Shown: one piece after another, positions 14,861-23,502 of the stretch | How the letters are laid out: the number at the start of each line of letters is the position of its first letter | Numbering within the stretch: position 1 is the first letter of the stretch | Assembly: GCA_031316235.1 (NCBI GenBank) | Contig: JALDRA010000001.1 | Span: 540,001-572,000 of the forward strand | Direction of reading: 5' to 3' | Length of the DNA: 32,000 bases | Origin: Candidatus Scalindua sp. | Lineage (GTDB): Bacteria > Planctomycetota > Brocadiia > Brocadiales > Scalinduaceae | Program-made: the position numbers and the translations under genes | The notes under the pieces: model-generated | Databases searched by the model: none | Told to the model about the DNA's origin: nothing | What the model saw: the letters and a program-made list of their open reading frames with translations, nothing else

Positions 14861-15907
14861 TTAATGCCCAAGCGGTGTGATCCCGTACCAGTTTCCGACC
14901 AGGCTGTTTGGATCAAAGTTGGGATCATTGGTGCCATGGTAGTTGCCGAGACGGTCAGTGTACCAATATTCGTACTGTCCGGGCTGTGAGATCCGGTGGC
15001 CACTATACGGGTCATCGAAGGTTGTGTTGTCGCGAAGGTATTCGGTAAACTGATCATTTGGTGTGAAGGTATTGTTATCATGAGCACTTGTTGACCCACC
15101 GGACTTTAGATAGGCTGAAAACTCCTGGTTGCTCTGCGATTGCATTCGTGACGCCTGTCGCATGGATGCCATATGCGATTCAAACCAATTCTGGCTGCTT
15201 CGCATAAGGATTTGATGCTGCTGATACCGTTCCGCCATCAGCTGTCGGGACCGCACTTGATATTGCGGATTCTGAATTTGCGACACATCAATCTGGCGCA
15301 TCGTTTCGATGGTTTGGGATAATAGTCCTTTTGGGCAAAGGAACGCAGAAGGATACATGATCAATGAATAACCGGTATCAGCCATGAGAGTAAACAATTT
15401 ACCTTCCACTTGTCTGCCTTGCAGGGTCCCGCTAATATTTTTTTCAAGAACGCGGATACCCGCCTGACTAGCCTTTGGGAAGAGCGTCTGAGCCAGTGGA
15501 CTCTGAATCGTTGGGCTGAATTGAAAGGTCCCTAGATGCCCAACTCGTTCATGAAAGAGCTGCAGCCATACCTGCTCCCAATTCTGTCCCTGCGAAGGAT
15601 ACACTGCAACGGGGAATAGATTGGTTATGATTTCTCCATTGGGTCCGAACAAATCCAATACATAGGAGGAATACATTCTCCATACATCGTTGAGGTCGGT
15701 TGCGATATGCTGATTGACATGCCAACCTGGAGGTAATTCAAAAGAATTGACAGGAACCTGCAAGCCATGATCATAAATCTCAACTCGCTGCGACTGACCT
15801 GGAAGTTGCTGGGTATCCGGCACATTGTAAGAACCCAGCACGTGATTACTCATGGAAAAGGAACTTAGAACAAACACTGCCATGGATGTCATCAACACTC
15901 TTAACAT
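14861..15907 (-). CDS. secreted protein of unknown function (348 aa)
   Basis: AAGAGG RBS and ATG start. It has an N-terminal signal-peptide-like segment (MLRVLMTSMAVFVLSSFSMSNHVLG) and a Q/S/N-rich C-terminal third. I recognise no family. Confidence 0.7.
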   Translation of the reverse strand: MLRVLMTSMAVFVLSSFSMSNHVLGSYNVPDTQQLPGQSQRVEIYDHGLQVPVNSFELPPGWHVNQHIATDLNDVWRMYSSYVLDLFGPNGEIITNLFPVAVYPSQGQNWEQVWLQLFHERVGHLGTFQFSPTIQSPLAQTLFPKASQAGIRVLEKNISGTLQGRQVEGKLFTLMADTGYSLIMYPSAFLCPKGLLSQTIETMRQIDVSQIQNPQYQVRSRQLMAERYQQHQILMRSSQNWFESHMASMRQASRMQSQSNQEFSAYLKSGGSTSAHDNNTFTPNDQFTEYLRDNTTFDDPYSGHRISQPGQYEYWYTDRLGNYHGTNDPNFDPNSLVGNWYGITPLGH

Positions 15908-16166
15908 AATAAAACCTCTTTATTGAAGGTGATAAGAAATTGGTTTTTAAAACAGGGAGTTTAGAGAAAAAATCCCCAAAAATCAAGAATTTTATTACCG
16001 TATTCTATTAAAATACCCTGCTGAAGATATTATGGTAAAATACGATTATTACGTCCATTAAGTCCTTATAATAGAGTGGAGTTATATTGGAACACAAAAA
16101 ATTAAATCAACAAAAGCAGGAAAGCACAGCGACCCAGTAATCTCGCAAAAATGGTCGTTTCAGATA

Positions 16167-16262
16167 CTATCAATTTGCTAATCTATCAGGCATATATTAA
16201 ACGCCCCTTCGCTTCCGGGATTGGACGATTTAACTCATTTGCCGTGCCTATCCATTATTGAT
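16167..16262 (-). pseudogene. hicB 3' remnant (last ~22 codons plus downstream flank)
   Basis: It aligns by eye with 12119-12215. It encodes ..WIGTANELNRPIPEAKGRLIYA*, compared with WIDTAKELNRPIPEAKGRLIYA* in the intact hicB. Confidence 0.75.
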
Positions 16263-16363
16263 ACACTAATATCGTTTTAGATGATTGAGAATATCAGTCA
16301 TGGTTCTATTTAAGCCTTTTAGGAGATGATAGTTATGTGTAACTATCAGGGAGAAAAAAGAGA

Positions 16364-16437
16364 TGGGCCCACTAGGACTCGAACCTAGGACACACGGATT
16401 ATGAGTCCGTTGCTCTAACCAACTGAGCTATGGGCCC
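16364..16437 (-). tRNA. tRNA with CAU anticodon (elongator Met or lysidine-modified Ile2; not resolved)
   Basis: The minus strand reads GGGCCCATAGCTCAGTTGGTTAGAGCAACGGACTCATAATCCGTGTGTCCTAGGTTCGAGTCCTAGTGGGCCCA. It shows a 7-bp acceptor stem, D-arm AGCTCAGTTGGTTAGAGC, anticodon loop CTCATAA and T-arm GGTTCGAGTCC. No CCA is encoded. The anticodon stem lacks the three G-C pairs of initiator tRNA. Confidence 0.9.
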
Positions 16438-16661
16438 TGATATGATGAAAAGACCGGTGTAAAATTATGTAAAGGCTTATATGTACAGCGTCTCCTACCG
16501 AACGAATCAGGCAGGAAAGAGTTCACTGCAAAAAAGCCAAGGGAGCAACGTGTTAAAGAATAGGGAAGTTTATCACTTTTTCGTTTTAGTTTCAAGTATT
16601 TAGTTTTTTCCTGCGGGTTCAGGAAAAAAATAGTTCACCGCAAAGAAGATACAGAGCGATA

Positions 16662-16690
16662 TATACTCATCTCACAATGGTTTTCGGATA
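16662..16690 (+). repeat. R1 fragment (copy d, 5' 29 nt only)
   Basis: tatactcatctcacaatggttttcggata matches the 5' end of the R1 copies at 19493 and 25991. Confidence 0.55.
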
Positions 16691-16781
16691 ATTACTCATG
16701 TTTCCGGATCTTCTCCCTCGATGCCAGGAACAGGAGCTGGTTAAAATATTATCGTTACAGTACAATAGAAGTGCGGCTTTC

Positions 16782-17462
16782 CTATTTCAAAATATCTTCC
16801 GCTGTTTTATTTATCATCTCTATTCCCTGTTTATCAATATCCGCAAACACTATTGCTGTGCTGAAGCTGGGATGGTTCGCGTTTCTGCGTATGCGGACTA
16901 CTTTCCCGGTACAGTTGATCGTCTGCATTGACCGGGAAATATTCAGCTTGAATTCGAGAATGGAGCCGATTCCTAAATTTTTGTTATAATTGAAATTCAC
17001 ACCCATGGCACTCAAATCATTAATGGCAACCATGTCCCAGCCAGAGAGTATCATCGTATAGCCTTCACATTGGTTAATGCGAAATCGTATCATAAAGGAT
17101 TTTACGATTCTCTGATATCTTCTTTTTTCCGCACCATCAAATGTCTGTATTGTATCTGGTACATACTTTTTATACGTTTCAGGTTTGAGCAGCTTTTCCT
17201 GAGTCCGAGATGCAACCTTTGGAAGCTGGTATAAAATAAAGGTAAACAGTTCTTTAAAATTCTGTACTGCAAAGAATGGAAACTCTGGATCCCTGATCTC
17301 ATTGAGTATCCTCCTGCACTCTATCAGGGTAGTATCAGCATCAATGTTACCGTCTCTGTATCGTTTTAAGTTTTCAACTAACCCTGATATATACGTCAGG
17401 TATTGTTCCCGATTAAATGAAGAGTTTTCTCCCGGTTTCGGCCAAACTCTGTTGCTTATCAT
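16782..17462 (-). CDS. PilZ-domain protein (c-di-GMP receptor type) with an unknown N-domain
   Basis: The C-terminal ~110 aa carries RRYQRI (RxxxR) and NDLSAMG (D/NxSxxG), the two PilZ signature motifs. The preferred start is the ATG at 17462 (AAGGAG 10 nt upstream) rather than the ORF-track start at 17510. Confidence 0.75.
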   Translation of the reverse strand: MISNRVWPKPGENSSFNREQYLTYISGLVENLKRYRDGNIDADTTLIECRRILNEIRDPEFPFFAVQNFKELFTFILYQLPKVASRTQEKLLKPETYKKYVPDTIQTFDGAEKRRYQRIVKSFMIRFRINQCEGYTMILSGWDMVAINDLSAMGVNFNYNKNLGIGSILEFKLNISRSMQTINCTGKVVRIRRNANHPSFSTAIVFADIDKQGIEMINKTAEDILK

Positions 17463-17520
17463 TATGATTAAGCTCCTTTCAAACGAGTCAGTGCCTCCTG
17501 CACAACTCATTCAAAATGGC

Positions 17521-17592
17521 TGCAGCTACTTCCCTGTAGTTGCTTTACGTGCCCTTCCGGATACCTGTCCGAATGGTTCCCTCCACCTTAAT
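17521..17592 (-). promoter_or_regulatory. candidate c-di-GMP-I (GEMM-I)-like RNA motif in the PilZ gene leader (weak)
   Basis: The minus strand reads GGAGGGAACC-AUUCGGACAGGUAUCCGGAA-GGGCACGUAAAGCAACUACAGGGAAGUAGCUGC. This resembles GGCAAACC-hairpin-GGGACGCAAAGC-hairpin of GEMM-I as I recall it, with deviations (no GNRA loop, ACGUA instead of ACGCA). It lies 60-130 nt upstream of the start codon. Confidence 0.25.
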
Positions 17593-18202
17593 AGCGGAGT
17601 CGTACAGGCTCCCGTACATAAAAATGTAAAGCACCTGGTTTATTCCTTTTTACAATTAAAATGCCCCCAGCATAGACTTAAACTCTCTTTTCACGCACAG
17701 CCTCCTGCCTCCCCTTGTTTGAATTTTTCTTTTGCCCCCTGAGCTCAGGGCAGATCGCACCGGGGCAAACACGCTCACTTTTTTATCACCGTTAATCTTC
17801 TTTGCGCTCTGCGGTGGATGCGTACCCACTTTTTCCTGTTCTCGTAAAGCTGTTTATATTAAGCTGCTGACTATCTATTAATAGTTATATAACAAATTTT
17901 TTTTATTTTCAATAACGTACTATTTACGATAGTATTAAGCACAATTTCCGTACCATAGTGAACCAATTGGAGAAAAAACAGCCTAACATTTTATTTTAAA
18001 GAAACTTACGTTCTCTTCCCGGCAAAAGGTGGTTGTTTTTTTCTAAAAACATGTAAAAAATAGACGAATACAGTCTCTTTCCCCAGGTAGCAATGATATA
18101 ACTATCTGTTTTAATGAAACTTATAACTGTAATTTTTTGTTGAAAGAGAGAAACCATTCAATACCTGCGTCAGTTTGAATGCATTTCGTTGAATAAGAAA
18201 AG

Positions 18203-19318
18203 ATGATGCTATCAGAAAATACTAACCCCCCTATCGGCTTCTTCATTACACCCCACGGTTTTGGCCATGCTGCACGGGCAGCCGGTGTGATGGCAGCTTT
18301 CCATGAGATTTCACCCTCAACTCAATTTGAAATATTCACGAAAGTTCCCGAATGGTTTTTTGAACAATCACTCTCCGGGCCTTTCACCTATCACGATCTG
18401 TTCACGGATATCGGGCTTGTTCAAAAAACCCCCTTGTACGAAGACCTGCCAAAAACACTTCAATCCTTAGATACATTCCTCCCGTTTGATCAGAAACAGA
18501 TCGCATATCTGGCCGAAGTCGCAAAGAGGAATAAATACGAGTTAATTGTCTGTGATATCGCCCCAATGGGTATCGAAGTTGCCAAAATGGCCGGTATCCC
18601 TTCACTCTTAATCGAAAATTTCACCTGGGATTGGATTTATAAAGGATATGTACCGTATGGTTTTCAGGCAGACCACCATATTCATTATCTGCAGAAGATC
18701 TTTGAATCTGCCGATTACCGCATTCAAACAGAACCTGTCTGCCTTCGAAGCACGGTTGATCTTACAACCTTCCCTGTTTGCAGGAAAGTGAAGACACCTG
18801 CCCGTCAAATCCGACAGATGTTCGAAATACCTGAAGAATCAAAAGTGGTATTGATTACCATGGGAGGTATACCGGAAGAGTATACTTTTTTAAAAATGCT
18901 GAAACGTCATCACAATATCTATTTTATCATTCCGGGGGGCAGCCAACGCAGGCAGAATCTCGACAATCTCGTTCTCCTGCCCCACCACTCTGACTTTTAT
19001 CATCCGGACCTGATCAACGCATCTGATGCTGTCGTCGGCAAGATCGGTTACAGCACACTTGCTGAAGTCTATCATGCAGGCCTGCCGTTTGGTTATATTC
19101 CACGCCGGGGTTTTCGTGAATCAGAAAAACTGGAGCGTTTTATCAAAAAGCAGATGGATGGTTGTTCAATCACAGATGTGCAGTTTCATAACGGCCGGTG
19201 GACAGCCATTCTTCCCGACCTGCTGGCATTTCCCCGGAGAAAAAGGACGGTTACCAACGGTGCAACGCAGATTGCACGCTTCATTTCGAAGGTTCTGGAG
19301 AAGGATTCCACGGGTTGA
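18203..19318 (+). CDS. GT-B fold glycosyltransferase (GT1/GT28, MGT-like), specificity unknown
   Basis: The N-terminal FFITPHGFGHAARAAGV resembles the G-x-G-H loop of the MurG/UGT-type N-domain. The C-terminal ..GKIGYSTLAEVYHAGLPF.. resembles the GG.gT..E....G.P nucleotide-sugar binding motif. Confidence 0.6.
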   Translation: MMLSENTNPPIGFFITPHGFGHAARAAGVMAAFHEISPSTQFEIFTKVPEWFFEQSLSGPFTYHDLFTDIGLVQKTPLYEDLPKTLQSLDTFLPFDQKQIAYLAEVAKRNKYELIVCDIAPMGIEVAKMAGIPSLLIENFTWDWIYKGYVPYGFQADHHIHYLQKIFESADYRIQTEPVCLRSTVDLTTFPVCRKVKTPARQIRQMFEIPEESKVVLITMGGIPEEYTFLKMLKRHHNIYFIIPGGSQRRQNLDNLVLLPHHSDFYHPDLINASDAVVGKIGYSTLAEVYHAGLPFGYIPRRGFRESEKLERFIKKQMDGCSITDVQFHNGRWTAILPDLLAFPRRKRTVTNGATQIARFISKVLEKDSTG

Positions 19319-19492
19319 CTCTCCTGATCAACGGGGGGGGTATAAGGAATGCAGCAATATCCATAGCTCCTTGAAATTGATTTGACTGGACACCAACCAG
19401 GAAGAGAACACCGTTCACGCCACCCCCCTCTTCCAATCTGCGAATAATTTTCGACACCGGTATGACGGTATTAATCTCGTCGTAAGAGTTAA

Positions 19493-19605
19493 TATACTCA
19501 TCTCATACTGGATTTCGGATAAAATCCGAGTTAAAATTGAGCGAGTATAACTGCAACCAAGATTTGGTTTCCGGTAAAACCGAAAACCAAATCGGTTTTA
19601 GTATA
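19493..19605 (+). repeat. R1 copy e (short variant lacking the middle hairpin)
   Basis: tatactcatctcatactggatttcggataaaatccgag..gatttggtttccggtaaaaccgaaaaccaaatcggttttagtata, with TA on both flanks. Confidence 0.8.
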
Positions 19606-19929
19606 ACGAACTCGACATCGTCTCCCGGTATACGCCGTTCAGAAGCTTCATGTGTCAGTCCGTATATGCAGGGAAGCGTGTTTTGAGGGGTCCATGACTC
19701 CCACCACTCGATGACCTATCCGTCGTCATCGTAATGGGATGGTTTGATCAACTCAGCATAAAATTTCCAGGGGCCGTTACTTTTCCTGTAACTGTCCCCG
19801 GCAACAGCCACACAGATAGGGTATGCCGGCCCTCAATGGAGAAGAAAACCATGGAATTGTACCACTTAACTTATAACTTTTCGAGATCAGATCCAAGTAA
19901 CGTTTCCTTTTTTTTCTTCTATTTTTCAT

Positions 19930-20048
19930 CCGTAACGTCCGGTTAGGAATTTGCGCGTGCGGCTTTTGTCATACCCGAGTGTTTTTAGCGGGAATGACAT
20001 CTTTTGAACAATACATTAAATACGCAAAAACCTAACCGGACACTACTG
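19930..20048 (-). mobile_element. R2 MITE, copy a (119 bp, internally deleted relative to copy b)
   Basis: Termini are ccgtaacgtccggttagg.. and ..cctaaccggacactactg (inverted repeats with core tccggttagg). It is flanked by a perfect 9-bp direct repeat atttttcat (19921-19929 and 20049-20057). The orientation is given relative to copy b. Confidence 0.8.
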
Positions 20049-20073
20049 ATTTTTCATACAGTTTCAATTTCGC

Positions 20074-20102
20074 TTGACATACCATTTATAGAGAAATAGA
20101 AT
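20074..20102 (+). promoter_or_regulatory. sigma70-like promoter upstream of the gltD-like/metF pair
   Basis: TTGACA (20074-20079), 17 nt spacer, TAGAAT (20097-20102). It would give a ~375-nt leader. Confidence 0.4.
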
Positions 20103-20482
20103 GGGAGGTTTTAGCGAATAGTTACTTTAGCCGTTCGTCTTGACTTATACAGGTTTGTCTCAGAGCGTTAATTTCCGGCAGAAAAGAGCCTTATCTTTTA
20201 TGCTCTGCGGCTTCTTTACCTTAGTAGTGCAATAGGCATTACATTTAAACTATAAGTAAACCAATGGACTGCATTTTTATTGTGCAGCAGTCCGACAGCC
20301 TGAACACTGCCAGGCCTCTTCATTCAGGCGGAGAGTCATTCGGACCGCTATTTTAAGAGTATATAGTGCCAAGCCCCCCGTCCGGAAGGGTACGGGCAGG
20401 TGAGGATTGTTCTGGCGGGCAGGATACTTCAACGTGAATGATCAGAAGTGTTGCTCTCGATCAGACAGAAGGAAACCAAAAA

Positions 20483-22582
20483 ATGGCAAGGATTTTTGAA
20501 GGTAAAACAAAAAAAAGACTGGAAACCGACGAAGAAGCTCCATGCATAGTTGCCTGTCCGATACGCCAGGATGCAAGGGACTATATTCAGCTCATTGCAA
20601 GAGAACAATTTAGCAAAGCCATGCAGGTAGTAGCCGAAAGAAATGCGCTTCCATCAGCATGCGGTAGAATCTGTACACATCCATGTGAGACCGAATGCCG
20701 AAGAAATATTCTTGACAAACCCATTGCAATTGCATGGCTTAAGCGTTTTCTCGCAGATGGTAATTTCTCAGATAAAGCCGTTTCCTCTCCTGAAGATGAG
20801 GATAAAACTACAGGACCAGTCAAAATTAACTATCCTGAAAAGATTGCCATTATCGGTTCAGGTCCCGCAGGGTTGGCAGCAGCAAATGATTTATCACTCC
20901 TTGGTTACAGATGCACTGTTTTCGAGGCATTTTCTGAACCCGGAGGAATGCTTCGCCTCGGTGTCCCTACTTACCGTCTACCAAGAAATTTTCTTGATAA
21001 AGACATTGATCTCATCAAAAGACTGGGAGTGGAAATAAGATTTAATACTACGTTCGGAAAAGATATTACGTTTGAGGGATTAAAGAGTGATGGCTACGAT
21101 GTTACGTTTCTGGCTGTAGGGCTGCCGATTACAAGGAGACTGCCGATTGAAGGTGTCGATTCAGATGGGGTCCTGAAGGGGATCACATTTCTCGAAAGTG
21201 AAAACTGCAATGGCAATGCTCGAGTAGGAAAAAAGGTAGTGGTCATTGGCGGCGGAGCTGTTGCGATGGATTGTGCAAGGACCGCCCTCAGGCTGGGACC
21301 GGATGAGGTTCATATCGTGTGCCTAGAGTCAAGGAGCGAAATGCCGACAACTGATTACGAGATTGAAGAGACACTTCATGAGGGGGCAATACTTCATCCA
21401 TCACTGGGGCCGAAGAGAATTCTTGAGACAGATGGGAGAGTGGCCGGCCTTGAAACACTGAAGGTCAGATCCATTTTTGATAACCAGGGAAGATTTAATC
21501 CGTCATTTTACGAAAACAGCGAATCTGTGATAGAGGCGGACACCATTATCCTGGCTATTGGACAATCGTCTGATTTGTCTTTTCTCAAAGATCATAAACT
21601 GATAGGGATTACCAGAGGCGGAACAATATCGGCTGATCCTGAAACCTTACATACCGGTATGCCCGGTGTCTTTGCCGGCGGTGATATAGTGCTGGGAAGA
21701 GGCACCCTTACAATGGGTCTCGGTCACGGTAAGAAGGCGGCTCTGTCTATCCATAATTATCTGAGAAAAACCACCTTAACCGACTATAAGTTCCGGGATA
21801 TAAAACCTCTTGGGGAACTTGCAGAGAAAAGGGTGGATACGATAAAAAAAGAGGCAAGGTGTGAGATGCCTACCCTGCCGCCCAGGACGAGAATCACCCA
21901 TTCTGAAGAGGTTGAGCTGGGTTTTTCCGAGGAGATGGCAGTACGTGAAGCAATGCGTTGCATGAACTGCGGTAATGGTGCAACCGTCTCGGAAGAGGTA
22001 TGTATTGCATGTTTGACCTGTGTCAGGGTGTGCCCTTTTGAGATTCCCAGGATAGAAAAAGATGAAAATTCTGCCTATATTGATGGAGACTGTCAATCAT
22101 GCGGAATCTGTGTTATTGAATGCCCTGCCAGGGCAATTGAGTTTAAGGGTACGTATGAAGACATGGGAAACTCACAGCTTGATGAAGTCTTTAAAGAAGC
22201 TGCTGGTACCGGTTCGATAATCGTAAACTTCTATTGCGGTTGTAACGTAAACCTCTTTGGAGATAAACTTCCTCAAAACATCAAGCACGTAAACATCCTT
22301 GGATTAGGGAAATTAAGCCCTTCACTTATCCTTAAGGCCTTTGAGAAAGGCGCAGATGCAGCACTGGTCACATCCTGCGATGACTCCTGTCATTTCGGTG
22401 ACCACTGTAACAGCTGGGCTGAGAAACGGGTAGAAATTGCACAAGGATTTCTCTCATCGATCGGTTTAGAGAAAGAAAGAATAAAGAGTATGAAACTCTC
22501 TTCCCATAATAGAGAGGAGTATTTACAGACAATAAATCAAATGATTGAAGATATTCGAAATGGATACCCAAAACAACAATAA
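20483..22582 (+). CDS. GltD/NfnB-like NAD(P)H flavin oxidoreductase fused to a 2x[4Fe-4S] ferredoxin domain and an MvhD/FlpD-like domain
   Basis: The N-terminal Cys-rich region (CIVACP..ACGRICTHPCETECRR) is followed by IAIIGSGPAGLAAANDL..EPGGMLRLGVPTYRLP and VVVIGGGAVAMDCA, which is the GltD small-subunit pattern. Next come CIACLTCVRVCP and CQSCGICVIECP (two CxxCxxCxxxCP motifs). The C-terminal ..FYCGCN..ILKAFEKGADAALVTSCDDSCHFGDH..EKRVEIAQGFLSSIGLEKERI matches MvhD/FlpD. The ATG at 20483 is preferred (GAAGGA upstream); the ORF is open from 20438. Confidence 0.8.
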   Translation: MARIFEGKTKKRLETDEEAPCIVACPIRQDARDYIQLIAREQFSKAMQVVAERNALPSACGRICTHPCETECRRNILDKPIAIAWLKRFLADGNFSDKAVSSPEDEDKTTGPVKINYPEKIAIIGSGPAGLAAANDLSLLGYRCTVFEAFSEPGGMLRLGVPTYRLPRNFLDKDIDLIKRLGVEIRFNTTFGKDITFEGLKSDGYDVTFLAVGLPITRRLPIEGVDSDGVLKGITFLESENCNGNARVGKKVVVIGGGAVAMDCARTALRLGPDEVHIVCLESRSEMPTTDYEIEETLHEGAILHPSLGPKRILETDGRVAGLETLKVRSIFDNQGRFNPSFYENSESVIEADTIILAIGQSSDLSFLKDHKLIGITRGGTISADPETLHTGMPGVFAGGDIVLGRGTLTMGLGHGKKAALSIHNYLRKTTLTDYKFRDIKPLGELAEKRVDTIKKEARCEMPTLPPRTRITHSEEVELGFSEEMAVREAMRCMNCGNGATVSEEVCIACLTCVRVCPFEIPRIEKDENSAYIDGDCQSCGICVIECPARAIEFKGTYEDMGNSQLDEVFKEAAGTGSIIVNFYCGCNVNLFGDKLPQNIKHVNILGLGKLSPSLILKAFEKGADAALVTSCDDSCHFGDHCNSWAEKRVEIAQGFLSSIGLEKERIKSMKLSSHNREEYLQTINQMIEDIRNGYPKQQ

Positions 22583-23501
22583 TTTCAAGTCGGGAAGCAA
22601 CCTGGAAAAATTGCTCAGGAGAGGTGAGTTTGTCGTTACAGCAGAACTGGGTCCACCGAGAGGTGCGAGCCGCGAAGCGGTTGAGGAGAAAGCGAAAATC
22701 TTAAAGGGCTTTGCTGACGCCTATAACTTGACGGATTGCCAGACCGCAATGGTTCGGCTTTCCAGTATCGCAAGTGGAGCTATGCTTCTTAACATGGGAA
22801 TGGAACCGATCATACAGATGACGTGCAGAGACAGAAATAGAATAGCGATGCAGAGTGATATTCTTGGAGCAGCAGCCTTAGGTATGAAGAATATCCTCTG
22901 TTTAACAGGAGACCATCAGTGCTTTGGTGATCATCCCGAAGCAAAGGGTGTCTTTGACCTCGATTCAGTCCAACAGCTTAACATGTTCAGGCAGATGAGA
23001 GATGAAAGTACATTTCAGTCGGGAGGAGAGATGAAAGTTGCACCAAGACTGTTCCTTGGCTCTGCAGCCAACCCTTTTGCTGATCCCTTCCGGTTCAGAG
23101 CTCCCAGGCTTTCCAAGAAAATAAAGGCTGGGGCAGATTTTATCCAGACACAGATAATATATAATATGAAAAAATTTGAAGAGTGGATGGGACAGGTACG
23201 CGATATGGGACTCCATGAAAAAGTCTCTATCCTGGCAGGAATCACCCCTATCAAATCACTGGGAATGGCCAGGTATATGAAAAATAATGTTCCAGGATTA
23301 GATGTGCCGGATGAGATCATAAAGCGTTTAGAGGGAGCAAAAGACAAGAAAGCCGAAGGCATAACTATCTGCCTTGAAACGATTGAACAGGTACGGAGGA
23401 TTGAAGGGGTTGCCGGTGTCCATCTCATGGCAATTGAATGGGAAGAGACAATACCCGAGATTGTAGAGAGAGCAGGATTACTCCCGAGGCCAACTCCATG
23501 A
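22560..23501 (+). CDS. metF: methylenetetrahydrofolate reductase, acetogen/anaerobe-type MetF
   Basis: VVTAELGPPRG..NLTDCQTAMVRLSSIA..EPIIQMTCRDRNRIAMQSDILGAAALGMKNILCLTGDH..GDHPEAKGVFDLDSVQQL is the MTHFR (PF02219-type) pattern seen in Moorella-type MetF. The ATG at 22560 overlaps the upstream gene by 23 nt; the TTG at 22545 is an alternative. Confidence 0.85.
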   Translation: MDTQNNNNFKSGSNLEKLLRRGEFVVTAELGPPRGASREAVEEKAKILKGFADAYNLTDCQTAMVRLSSIASGAMLLNMGMEPIIQMTCRDRNRIAMQSDILGAAALGMKNILCLTGDHQCFGDHPEAKGVFDLDSVQQLNMFRQMRDESTFQSGGEMKVAPRLFLGSAANPFADPFRFRAPRLSKKIKAGADFIQTQIIYNMKKFEEWMGQVRDMGLHEKVSILAGITPIKSLGMARYMKNNVPGLDVPDEIIKRLEGAKDKKAEGITICLETIEQVRRIEGVAGVHLMAIEWEETIPEIVERAGLLPRPTP

Positions 23502-23502
23502 G

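Noticed and set aside
14740-15099. 119-aa minus-strand ORF overlapping the 3' end of the secreted-protein gene, and the plus-strand ORF at 14711-14989
   Set aside because: They overlap the well-supported 348-aa gene in alternative frames and have no start signals. The only non-overlapping piece (14740-14860) is too short to support.
16620-17835. caccgca[ag]ag..gcaaagaag-type motifs on both sides of the PilZ gene (16630-16660 and, inverted, 17795-17825), suggesting flanking inverted repeats
   Set aside because: The similarity is short (~15-20 nt) and degenerate. It is not enough to call a mobile cassette.
20103-20482. Assignment of the operon leader to a known riboswitch class (SAM-I/II, THF, ZTP, cobalamin)
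   Set aside because: I could not find the conserved cores (for example the B12 box, the ZTP GACUGGCG...CCGCCUGGGC, or the SAM-I GAGGGA..GCAACC) by eye. It is left as an unclassified leader.
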